Assembly (NCBI GenBank): GCA_031316235.1
Contig: JALDRA010000001.1
Coordinates: forward strand, 1,170,001-1,202,000
DNA length: 32,000 nucleotides
Direction: 5' to 3'
Source of the DNA: Candidatus Scalindua sp.
Lineage (GTDB): Bacteria > Planctomycetota > Brocadiia > Brocadiales > Scalinduaceae
In this document: one piece after another, positions 9,573-17,652 of the stretch
Numbering within the stretch: position 1 is the first letter of the stretch
Layout: each line of letters starts with the position of its first letter
Position numbers and translations under genes: made by a program
The notes under the pieces: model-generated
Told to the model about the DNA's origin: nothing
Databases searched by the model: none
Seen by the model: only the letters and a program-made list of their open reading frames with translations

Positions 9573-10331
9573 ATGGGATTAGAGATGATAACACGATCTG
9601 CAAATCCAGCTTTAAACAAAGATACATTCACTAATGTAAGAAACCTTACCATTTCTGGCAATGTAATGACTCTTCAAGGAACCGTAAACAAGACAGGTAT
9701 TTTACTTGGCCTGACCTTCTTGTCTGCATTCTGGGTGTGGCGTCAATTTTTCACGTATGAAATGCCCCAGATATCACTATATATACTAGTGGGAGCTATA
9801 GGGGGCCTTATTACTGCAATGATTGCTATCTTCAAACCAACGACTTCACCGTATGCCGCTCCAATTTACGCTTTACTGGAAGGCCTGTTTCTGGGCGGAA
9901 TCTCCTCTCTTATGGAAGCGCGTTTTCCCGGAATAGTAATTCAATCAGTCGGACTGACCTTTGGATCTTTATTTGCCCTTTTATTTGCTTATAAAACCGG
10001 ATTGATCAAGGCCACAGAAAATTTTAAACTTGGAGTAGCTGCCGCAACCGGCGGAATTTTCCTGATGTACATGATAAACATTATCCTTGGTTTTTTTGGT
10101 GCATCCATCCCCTTTATTCACGATAATGGTTTTTTCGGGATCGGTATCAGCGTTTTTATCGTGATCATAGCGGCACTTAATCTCGTTCTTGATTTCGACT
10201 TCATTGAACACGGTGTTGAACAGGGAGCTCCAAAGTTCATGGAATGGCGAGCTGCTTTAGGACTTATGATTACGCTCGTATGGCTCTATATTGAAATACT
10301 ACACCTCATCTCAAAATTGAGGAGCCGCTAA
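9573..10331 (+). CDS. Bax inhibitor-1/YccA-like membrane protein (BaxI_1 type)
   Basis: The N-terminus is RSANPALNK..MTLQGTVNKTGILL. ALLEGLFLGGIS and LVLDFDFIE..AALGLMITLVWLYIEIL are also family-typical. The true start is probably the ATG at 9585. Confidence 0.7.
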   Translation: MGLEMITRSANPALNKDTFTNVRNLTISGNVMTLQGTVNKTGILLGLTFLSAFWVWRQFFTYEMPQISLYILVGAIGGLITAMIAIFKPTTSPYAAPIYALLEGLFLGGISSLMEARFPGIVIQSVGLTFGSLFALLFAYKTGLIKATENFKLGVAAATGGIFLMYMINIILGFFGASIPFIHDNGFFGIGISVFIVIIAALNLVLDFDFIEHGVEQGAPKFMEWRAALGLMITLVWLYIEILHLISKLRSR

Positions 10332-10537
10332 TTTTGTTCACTGAAAAAAGAGCTCATCCGGTCCGATCTCAACTTTTTAAGCGGAATCAGCCCGTCACTC
10401 TCTTTTTGAAAGGCTTGAATTCCGTCCAAACATCCGGGGTCTTTACGGACAAAGCGGGTACGCATTTGTGAGCAATTACGTGTCTGAATTCTCCAATTTT
10501 GTATCACGCTCATACTGCATATGTCACTTTCACCTCT

Positions 10538-10900
10538 CTATGATTCTTCTATAATAAGTATCAGACCACAATCCGGACATTCCCGCGCATCAGCACCAAC
10601 ATGGTGACCGCAAGCAGGGCATCTGCCCTGAGCAACCCATTCCTGAGACTCTCTTATCTCCGGGTGCAAAATCATGTAATATTCCTCTATATTCCCAAGC
10701 GCAGCCTGAATATTTTCCTTAGTAACCAGGAGATGATAGGTTGAACCGCATTTCCCGGCACTACACCCCGGGGTAAGAGCAATCCGTGATGGAATGCCCT
10801 TTTCCTGAAGCATATGAGACAACTCCTTTATCCACTCTCGCAGATCTTCCTTTATTACTACCCATTCATCATGGGCATCTCCTGATATTTGTGTTTCCAT
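10538..10900 (-). CDS. hypothetical protein with C-terminal zinc ribbon
   Basis: A 120-aa ORF with CPACG-x9-CPDCG at the C-terminus. I recognise no family. Confidence 0.5.
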   Translation of the reverse strand: METQISGDAHDEWVVIKEDLREWIKELSHMLQEKGIPSRIALTPGCSAGKCGSTYHLLVTKENIQAALGNIEEYYMILHPEIRESQEWVAQGRCPACGHHVGADARECPDCGLILIIEES

Positions 10901-11020
10901 ATGAACACCCCTCTTATCTGCCTGTAAAAACGATGTTTAAAAATACTAAGAAACAGTATGTCTCATACGAATGAAGCACGATTATAAAGAAAAAAGGGTC
11001 CATGTAAACATGTAATAGAG

Positions 11021-11060
11021 AAAAAAAACGCGCCCAACACCATTTATGGTTGTTGGGCGC
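11021..11060 (-). terminator. Rho-independent terminator downstream of the csp pair
   Basis: On the minus strand it reads gcgcccaaca..tgttgggcgc (10-bp GC-rich stem) followed by a run of eight U. Confidence 0.75.
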
Positions 11061-11170
11061 TTTCATTCCCTTATTACAATTCTGTTTCTACACCTACTCT
11101 ATATTTTTAGATACAACCCTCTTTCGATAACATTATTCCATATAACCATACGAGTATGCTTTGTAATATT

Positions 11171-11371
11171 TTATACTTTAACTACATTTGAAGCCTTAAA
11201 ACCCTTCTGGTCTTTGATGATTTCAAACTCTACCTTATCTCCTTCTGCCAGAGATTTAAAACCTTCACCCTGAATTGCGGTATGGTGCACAAATACATCG
11301 TCCCCGTTCTCCTGTGAAATAAATCCGAAACCCTTTGAGTCATTAAACCACTTGACTGTTCCACTTGTCAT
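11171..11371 (-). CDS. csp: cold-shock protein (CspA family), tandem copy 1
   Basis: [41 protein letters not shown] contains the RNP1/RNP2 motifs. The RBS GAGGGGGTGAT lies before the ATG at 11371, so the track ORF start at 11383 is an upstream extension. Confidence 0.95.
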   Translation of the reverse strand: MTSGTVKWFNDSKGFGFISQENGDDVFVHHTAIQGEGFKSLAEGDKVEFEIIKDQKGFKASNVVKV

Positions 11372-11507
11372 ATTAAAAATCACCCCCTCTCAATTAAAAA
11401 AACCCGGAAATAAAAATATGTTCATACACCTACTCTATATTTTTAGATACAACCCTCTTTCGATAAAATCATCCCATATGACAATACGAGTATGCTTTGT
11501 AATATTT

Positions 11508-11708
11508 TTATACTTTAACTACATTTGAAGCCTTAAAACCCTTCTGGTCTTTGATGATTTCAAACTCTACCTTATCTCCTTCTGCCAGAGATTTAAAACC
11601 TTCACCCTGAATTGAAGTATGGTGCACAAATACATCGTCCCCGTTCTCCTGTGAAATAAATCCGAAACCCTTTGAGTCATTAAACCACTTGACTGTTCCA
11701 CTTGTCAT
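11508..11708 (-). CDS. csp: cold-shock protein (CspA family), tandem copy 2
   Basis: Its 66 aa are identical to copy 1 except for one residue (HHTSIQ versus HHTAIQ). It has the same RBS. Confidence 0.95.
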   Translation of the reverse strand: MTSGTVKWFNDSKGFGFISQENGDDVFVHHTSIQGEGFKSLAEGDKVEFEIIKDQKGFKASNVVKV

Positions 11709-11742
11709 GTTAAAGAATCACCCCCTCTCAATTAAATACACA

Positions 11743-11780
11743 AAATAAAAAAAGGCTGCAAGGTTGTAAACCTTGCAGCC
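11743..11780 (-). terminator. Rho-independent terminator after recD2
   Basis: On the minus strand it reads ggctgcaaggtt-tac-aaccttgcagcc (12-bp stem) followed by uuuuuuuau. Confidence 0.8.
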
Positions 11781-11874
11781 CTTCTATACAAAGTAGTAAT
11801 ACGGTATTACAATACAACCTACAAACAACACCGGATATTATCAAGTATTAATTATAAATGCAAGAGGAAAATAA

Positions 11875-14088
11875 TTATTTTAATAGCAATTTCAACCTGG
11901 TTTTTAAGTAGGTATATCTTCTCAGGGGGCTGTTATTGTTTATGGCTAAGGACAATGCCTTTTTTGTTCCAAGCAAAACCACTAATTTTCTGCCACGGGT
12001 TATCGCCGTATAGAGTAAATTCCTTTGCAAAAGAATGCAATGCTGGGAATGTACAGGCATTACGACAACAGGATATTCACTTCCTTGTGCCTTGTGCACA
12101 GATACTGCATAGGCTAATGCCAGTTCATCGAGGTCTTTATAATCATACAGTACTGATCTTCCTTCAAAATCAACCGTAACCTCGTGGTATTCCCTGTCTA
12201 TGGCAGCAATTATACCAATATCACCATTGAAGACATCCTTGTCGTAATTGTTTACTGTCTGCATTACCTTGTCACTTACTCTGAACACCTTAGCGCCGAT
12301 TCGCAGTTCTCTTGATGATGGATTTAAGGCCTCTTGTAATTGTATATTAAGATTATGTGTCCCTAATATCCCCTTATTCATGGGCGTTAACACCTGTATA
12401 TCTTTAACAGAATCAAACTTAAATCTAGAGGGAATCCTCTCCTTGCACAAAAATGTCATCTTTTCCACAATTTTTTCCGGTTCCCCAATTTCCATAAAAT
12501 AAAAATCCTGCACCCTATTCCGGCTTGACACAAGAGCCGGCATCTCCCCCCTGTTGATGCTGTGCGCAATAACGACTATTCCACTTTGCCTTGATTGCCT
12601 GAAGATTTCAGTCAAGCTCACTGTTGCAACAACACCGGAATCGATGATGTCTTTTAAAACATTACCAGCACCTACAGAAGGCAACTGTGAAACATCTCCA
12701 ACAAGTATTACTGTTGCCTCCTGAGGAACAGCCTTCATGAGATGGTACATTAGTATCGTTTCAACCATTGAGGCTTCGTCTATTACAATTAAATCTGCTT
12801 CCAGGGGATTACGTTCATTTTTCTGAAAGCCTCTTCCGCCCGGTGTAAATCCCAGCAAACGATGAATCGTCTTTGCTTCACACCCAGTCACCTCAGACAT
12901 CCTCTTTGCCGCCCTCCCTGTCGGGGCAGCTAAAAAAATCTTCTTTCCTAATTTTTGATAAATCTCAGTTATTGAGTTTATTATGGTTGTTTTCCCAGTA
13001 CCTGGTCCGCCTGTAATTACCAACATACTTTCACTCATTGATTTTTTAATAGCAATCTTCTGATTTGCAGATAATGTAATGTTTGACCTCTTCTGAACCC
13101 AATCGAGCACCTTCTCACCGTCCAATTGAGATAAACGATTTTCTTTATTGAGAAACCTCCCTACATTACGTGCGATACCAGCTTCAGTTATATAAAATTT
13201 CGAGAGATAAACGGCTTTATCGTTGGCTTTGATTTCTCCATCCTGGTTAATATCTTCAATAACTATCCTCTCATCAAATGCAATGGCACCAAAAGCTTTC
13301 ACAATAATTTCACGTTCAGTTTTGAGAATTTTCCCACATTCCTCAATTAATAATTCATAAGGATAGTATACATGACCTTCACCAGAGAGTTGATGAAGAA
13401 CATAAAGAATACCTGCCTCAACCCTCATCTGTGAATCACTTGATATACCCATATCCTTTGCTATCTTATCAGCCGTGACAAAACCAATACCAAATATATC
13501 AGTTGCCAGTCTGTATGGATTCTCTTTTACAATCCTGATTGCTTCTTGTCCATACTGCTTAAATATTTTAGCTGCAAAAATTGCACTCACTCCATGACTT
13601 TGAAGAAAAAGCATCACCTCTTTGATCTCTTTTTGCTCAATCCATGCCAGCTCTATCATTTTAATTCGCTTCAGACCAATACCATCTACACATCGAAGCA
13701 TTTCTATTGAATGTTCAATAACATCCAGAGTGTTCAATCCAAACTGAGCAACAATTTTCTTAGCCATAACGGGACCAATACCTTTTATCAAGTGAGAACT
13801 TAAATATTTTTCTATTCCTTTGACAGTAGCAGGTATAGCAGAAACATACGAATCTACTTTAAACTGTGTACCATATTTTGGATGATTCACCCACCGCCCC
13901 TTGAGCTTTAAGATCTCTCCCGGATTAACAGAAAGAAGGTTTCCGGTAAAGACGACTAAATCGCTAAACCCTTTAACCTTTAATTTTCCAATGGTATAGC
14001 CTGTTTCTTCACTGTTGAATGTAATCCTCTCCAACAGACCTTCAATTTCAACGCGTATTTGAGATTTTTTACAAGTTGTGTTATTCAT
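11875..14088 (-). CDS. recD2: RecD2-type SF1B DNA helicase
   Basis: It has Walker A (ITGGPGTGKTT), DEASMV, the HhH region GIGPVMAKKI and a C-terminal VHKAQGSEYPVV. I place the start at the ATG at 14088 (MNNTTCKK..IEGLLERITFNSEETGYTIGKLKV). The track extension to 14196 runs into repeat DNA. Confidence 0.9.
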   Translation of the reverse strand: MNNTTCKKSQIRVEIEGLLERITFNSEETGYTIGKLKVKGFSDLVVFTGNLLSVNPGEILKLKGRWVNHPKYGTQFKVDSYVSAIPATVKGIEKYLSSHLIKGIGPVMAKKIVAQFGLNTLDVIEHSIEMLRCVDGIGLKRIKMIELAWIEQKEIKEVMLFLQSHGVSAIFAAKIFKQYGQEAIRIVKENPYRLATDIFGIGFVTADKIAKDMGISSDSQMRVEAGILYVLHQLSGEGHVYYPYELLIEECGKILKTEREIIVKAFGAIAFDERIVIEDINQDGEIKANDKAVYLSKFYITEAGIARNVGRFLNKENRLSQLDGEKVLDWVQKRSNITLSANQKIAIKKSMSESMLVITGGPGTGKTTIINSITEIYQKLGKKIFLAAPTGRAAKRMSEVTGCEAKTIHRLLGFTPGGRGFQKNERNPLEADLIVIDEASMVETILMYHLMKAVPQEATVILVGDVSQLPSVGAGNVLKDIIDSGVVATVSLTEIFRQSRQSGIVVIAHSINRGEMPALVSSRNRVQDFYFMEIGEPEKIVEKMTFLCKERIPSRFKFDSVKDIQVLTPMNKGILGTHNLNIQLQEALNPSSRELRIGAKVFRVSDKVMQTVNNYDKDVFNGDIGIIAAIDREYHEVTVDFEGRSVLYDYKDLDELALAYAVSVHKAQGSEYPVVVMPVHSQHCILLQRNLLYTAITRGRKLVVLLGTKKALSLAINNNSPLRRYTYLKTRLKLLLK

Positions 14089-14119
14089 CAGGTTGTGCTT
14101 GTAGGGATTAAGGGACTTA

Positions 14120-14148
14120 TATACTAAAACCATTGTAAGATGAGTATA
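14120..14148 (-). repeat. collapsed copy of family A repeat (both termini, interior deleted)
   Basis: tatactaaaacc|attgtaagatgagtata is the left end plus the right end of the 17538 copy, joined at the aaaacc direct repeat. Confidence 0.6.
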
Positions 14149-14151
14149 TCT

Positions 14152-14315
14152 CAGTAGTGTCCGGTTAGGTTTTTGCGTATTTAATGTATTGTTCAAAAGA
14201 TGTCATTCCCGCATGTTTTTAGCGGGAATCCAGGATGAATGAGACTCTCTGGATACCCGATAAAAGCACTCGGGTATGACAAAAGCCGCACGTGCAAATT
14301 CCTAACCGGACGTTA
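14152..14315. mobile_element. second, palindromic MITE-like element (family B)
   Basis: It has 11-bp inverted repeats, gtccggttagg (14159-14169) and cctaaccggac (14301-14311). Inside are two inverted copies of a hairpin unit, tgtcattcccgc..gcgggaatccag and ctggatacccga..tcgggtatgaca. It is flanked by a 12-bp direct repeat, atgagtatatct (14140-14151 and 14316-14327). Confidence 0.6.
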
Positions 14316-14347
14316 ATGAGTATATCTAAAATAATGGAACATTTTCT

Positions 14348-15487
14348 TTATTCTTCATACTCATTTCCGCACACAATACTATCAAGGCTCAAGTCGAATT
14401 GTTTCACCTTCGATTTCCAGTAAAATTTTTCAGCAATACGGATTGCACGGTCCGGGTCCCTATCCCATAAATTATTATCCCGTATCTTTTCAGACAATTG
14501 AATGAGCCTCTCAGCCAGGCTGTCTGCACCACCTTTGTAATAAAAATCCTCATTACCCTCTTTCAATTCCAATGTTTCCGGATAGGACAACCTCTCTGGT
14601 ACAAGAGGGAATGCTCCCGCCGCAGCAGCCTCAATCACACTGATACCAAAAAATTCATGCTCTGCTGTCGAAACAAAGACATCAGATTCTAAAAGTGCAG
14701 ATTCGTAATCGAAACGATCTGTTTGATATCCCCATCGATCTATAAAACTGAAAAACTCATTTCTGGCAGAAGAAAAGACATCGGGGATATTCCTCCCGTG
14801 TTTACCCATAATACTTAACCGGAACTTGATATTACGTTTTTTTAAAATACGCAATGCCTCGAAAAAAAGCCCTGGATTCTTGTCATATTCCCATCTGGCC
14901 GCCCATACAATCCGTATGGGTCCTGCCAGGCGTTTCCTTCGCTGCGGGAATTTGTGAATTCCCGGATACTTGATTGAGGATTTGAGCCGGATAACTTCAA
15001 TGAGCTCCAGAGAGTGAAAATCTGGCATACGCTTCAGGAAAGATCTCAGTTCACTCAGGAAGACATCACGATGATAAGAAGAATTGAACCACACCTCGCT
15101 TCCCGCCAGGGCGGTTATCATATTGGTAAGAACAAAATGATAGTCAAATTCACGTTTATGTATTACAGGATACGTCAGTTGATTTTCGTGAAAATAAACA
15201 ATGGATGGAAGCCTTTTGACTGCAGGATGCACAAGGCCTCTGTATTCGGCAAGATTTAACATATCTGAACAGAAGAGGATGTCCCATTTTTCTCCTTTTT
15301 TGACTTTTTCCGCTGTCAGGCCAGCTAATGTTATTGCTGAATGACGCATACGCCATTTCCATTTTCGCGGTGGAAGATTTAAAAGAGTCCAACGGTGACG
15401 GCTTAAACCAATCCAACCCTGCAGAAAGGCCTTGTGACTGCCTCCAAAATAAGGTTCCAGTGCTAAGACGTGCAGCCCTTTACCCAT
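14348..15487 (-). CDS. DUF3524-containing group-1 glycosyltransferase (GTDC1/QTMAN homolog)
   Basis: LEPYFGGSHKAF, KWKWRMRHSA, YFHENQLTYPV, IVWAARWEYDKNP..FFEAL and STAEHEFFGISVIEAAAAG are collinear with the human GTDC1 motifs as I remember them. Confidence 0.8.
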   Translation of the reverse strand: MGKGLHVLALEPYFGGSHKAFLQGWIGLSRHRWTLLNLPPRKWKWRMRHSAITLAGLTAEKVKKGEKWDILFCSDMLNLAEYRGLVHPAVKRLPSIVYFHENQLTYPVIHKREFDYHFVLTNMITALAGSEVWFNSSYHRDVFLSELRSFLKRMPDFHSLELIEVIRLKSSIKYPGIHKFPQRRKRLAGPIRIVWAARWEYDKNPGLFFEALRILKKRNIKFRLSIMGKHGRNIPDVFSSARNEFFSFIDRWGYQTDRFDYESALLESDVFVSTAEHEFFGISVIEAAAAGAFPLVPERLSYPETLELKEGNEDFYYKGGADSLAERLIQLSEKIRDNNLWDRDPDRAIRIAEKFYWKSKVKQFDLSLDSIVCGNEYEE

Positions 15488-15500
15488 TCTCTATCCGGCA

Positions 15501-15545
15501 CAAATATAAAAAGCCCCCAACATCCTTTCAGAGATATTGGGGGCT
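15501..15545 (-). terminator. Rho-independent terminator after the third csp
   Basis: On the minus strand it reads aagcccccaa..ttgggggctt (10-bp stem) followed by uuuauauuu. Confidence 0.65.
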
Positions 15546-15655
15546 TTCAGGTTATCGTTATATAATTTTTTACACTATCACTCTATATTTTTAATTAAAA
15601 TTCTCTCTCGGCAGAAGCTATGATAGCAAAATATGGGAGTACTCTATGTAACTAT

Positions 15656-15856
15656 TTATACCTTGACAACATTTGAGGCCTTGTAACCTCTTTCGCCCTT
15701 TTCGGTTTCAAACTCGACTTTATCCCCTTCCGAGAGACTTTTAAACCCCTCACCCTGAATTGCGGTATGGTGCACAAAAACATCGTCTCCGTCCTCCTGT
15801 GAAATAAATCCAAAACCTTTTGAATCATTAAACCACTTTACTGTTCCACTTGCCAT
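15656..15856 (-). CDS. csp: cold-shock protein (CspA family), third paralog
   Basis: The sequence is [41 protein letters not shown]. The RBS GGAGGTGAT lies 7 nt before the ATG at 15856, so the track start at 15877 is an extension. Confidence 0.95.
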   Translation of the reverse strand: MASGTVKWFNDSKGFGFISQEDGDDVFVHHTAIQGEGFKSLSEGDKVEFETEKGERGYKASNVVKV

Positions 15857-15903
15857 GCTGTAAATCACCTCCCCCATTTATAAAAGATAAATACTTAAAA
15901 AGC

Positions 15904-16043
15904 TATACTCATCTCATAATGGTTTTCGGATAAAATCCGAGATAAAATTGAGCGAGTAAAGTCCTCGGCGTTTTCTGTCCGGGGATACCTTCACCAAGAT
16001 TTGGTTTCCAGTAAAACCGAAAACCAAATCAGTTTTAGTATAC
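15904..16043 (+). repeat. MITE-like repeat family A, long form (140 bp)
   Basis: A full-length match to the 5796 copy. It begins 47 nt upstream of the csp start, on the opposite strand. Confidence 0.9.
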
Positions 16044-16268
16044 ATAACGTAAATCTCTTTGCAAAGGCAATATATATGTATACGTACCCCAAGATATCCG
16101 CAAAACTGAAAGATGGTATCAAACATTGTTTATGAAAACAAGATAAATTTTTCCAGTCAAAGTTATTATTTTTTATTGAAAAAGATAACCAATTCCCGCA
16201 CAAACCGTGTTGGGTTTATCATTATCATAATTGGTGAAGAGTAAAACGATAACAGCGGTACAGGTGTG

Positions 16269-16409
16269 TCATACTGAAACTGATTTGGTTTTAGATTTTT
16301 CCAAACACCAGAGCCTGGTTTCTGGTATCCCCGGACAGAAAGCGCCGAGGACTTTCCCTGCTCCGCTTTTTCCCGGATTTTATCCGAAATCCAGTATAAG
16401 ATGAGTATA
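16269..16409 (-). repeat. MITE-like repeat family A, divergent subfamily, long form (141 bp)
   Basis: Its reverse complement reads tatactcatcttatactggatttcggataaaatccggg-aaaagcggagcaggg-aagtcctcggcgctttctgtccgggga-...cagtatga. It is inverted relative to the 15904 copy. Confidence 0.8.
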
Positions 16410-16481
16410 AAAGAGAAGATTCAATACGGAGCTGAGTCAAAATTAAACTCCGAAGAACAAGCATAATAGTGTTTCATGGTC

Positions 16482-17222
16482 TTATTTGATACCGCCGTGG
16501 ACAGCTTCACGGTATTCCTTCCAGAAACACTCCCGTCTTTGAAACCCCGCTTCCGCTAAAAGTTCCATCTCTTCGGCAACTGTCATGAGTTTATCTCCAT
16601 CTCTTTTCTCTTTTGCTGTATATTCTGAAGCAATTTGATCCACGGTCTTATCTTGATTTTTCATTCGCAGTGTTCTCTCTCTGACCCCCATGTATTGCAG
16701 GTGCCTGAACAACTCCTCAAAAGCAGAAACTGCAGAACGAAATATATCACAGTTAACAAACCAACCATTTGGCTTTAATATTGAGTGAACAAATTGAAAC
16801 AATCTCAGTTTTTCCTCACGAGACAGATGGTGAAGAGCGAAGGCAGAAACTACTGCATCAATTCCGGAAAGATCTTTTTCTTTTTCGGATAATTCCTGAA
16901 AAGTAACAGGCTTGAACGTAATCTGTCCCAAATATGCCTTCAGCCTTATCTTTGCCTGATCAATCATCAACGCTGCAGCGTCAACCGCTATAATAGAAGC
17001 GCCTGGAAACATTTCAATTATTTTATTCGTCAGATAACCAGAACCAACTCCAAGGTCCAGAATGCGTACTCTATCAGATCTTTTAAAAGGTAATATCTCA
17101 CCAGCAATGAATGCCATTTTTTCCCGATGAGGATGCCACACATCCATATCCAGATCATATGATGCGATAATGTCACTGTTGTTGAAAGCGTATGCTGTCT
17201 TTTTTTCTGTTTGTCTTGCCAT
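16482..17222 (-). CDS. class I SAM-dependent methyltransferase
   Basis: It has motif I (ILDLGVGSGYLT), then IIAVDAA and a post-I/II pattern (DAVVSAFALHHL). The substrate is unknown. Confidence 0.8.
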   Translation of the reverse strand: MARQTEKKTAYAFNNSDIIASYDLDMDVWHPHREKMAFIAGEILPFKRSDRVRILDLGVGSGYLTNKIIEMFPGASIIAVDAAALMIDQAKIRLKAYLGQITFKPVTFQELSEKEKDLSGIDAVVSAFALHHLSREEKLRLFQFVHSILKPNGWFVNCDIFRSAVSAFEELFRHLQYMGVRERTLRMKNQDKTVDQIASEYTAKEKRDGDKLMTVAEEMELLAEAGFQRRECFWKEYREAVHGGIK

Positions 17223-17537
17223 CAGCGTAAATACCCCTCTTAAGTTTAATGAACAAAATCCGTAGGTTTTTTCCTTGAAACAGGTAATTAGTTGGCATGG
17301 TATTCTATAGATAAATGCTAAAAAAAGATAGCGATTATTTTGATCCGTCAGAGTTCAGGAAAAATCCAGTACTTAAGGGTACGATTATAGAGTGCCTGAA
17401 CAAAAACCCAGTGGCCGATACAATTACACATTTTTCATGCCTGTAGCCATACCAAGCATATTACCACTAAAAACAAGCTGGAATAGGTGCAGTTTTATGT
17501 TACACTTACCGAACAATGCATTTGCAGCATTATCAAA

Positions 17538-17650
17538 TATACTAAAACCGATTTGGTTTTCGGTTTTACCGGAAACCAAATCCTGGTTGCTGGTATACTC
17601 GCTCAATTTTATCTCGGATTTTATCCGAAAACCATTGTAAGATGAGCATA
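17538..17650 (-). repeat. MITE-like repeat family A, short form (113 bp)
   Basis: Reads tatactaaaaccgatttggttttcggttttaccggaaacc...ccgaaaaccattgtaagatgagcata. It ends 2 nt before the first ATG of the downstream ORF. Confidence 0.9.
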
Positions 17651-17652
17651 AT

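Noticed and set aside
10328-10513. A 61-aa minus-strand ORF between the BaxI-like and zinc-ribbon genes.
   Set aside because: It overlaps the BaxI-like stop codon, has no RBS and is Arg/Ser/Gln-rich with no recognisable domain. It is probably a chance ORF in a convergent 3' region.
14089-14196. The 36-codon N-terminal extension of the recD2 ORF given by the track (MNNTLNTQKPNRTLLRYTHLTMVLVYKSLNPYKHNL).
   Set aside because: The extension is encoded by the collapsed repeat and the MITE-B flank and has no RBS. The internal Met at 14088 gives the usual RecD2 N-terminus.
11875-15487. Whether recD2 plus the adjacent glycosyltransferase could be a phage-defence or DNA-modification island.
   Set aside because: I see no nuclease, methylase, toxin or other defence partner, and no integrase or att-like flank. 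RecD2 has a full housekeeping architecture and its own terminator. The neighbouring genes are separated by repeats and terminators, so they do not form an operon.
17293-17308. TGGCATGGTATTCTAT, which resembles a sigma-54 -24/-12 promoter upstream of the GT2-TPR gene.
   Set aside because: The -24 half (TGGCAT) is acceptable. The -12 element is TCTA where TTGC should be, so the GG-N10-GC rule fails.
17414-17421. GCCGATAC on the plus strand, a possible sigma-28 -10 box upstream of the GT2-TPR gene.
   Set aside because: There is no TAAA-like -35 at the required spacing (the sequence there is cctgaaca). The site lies about 230 nt upstream with a MITE in between. It is too weak to call.
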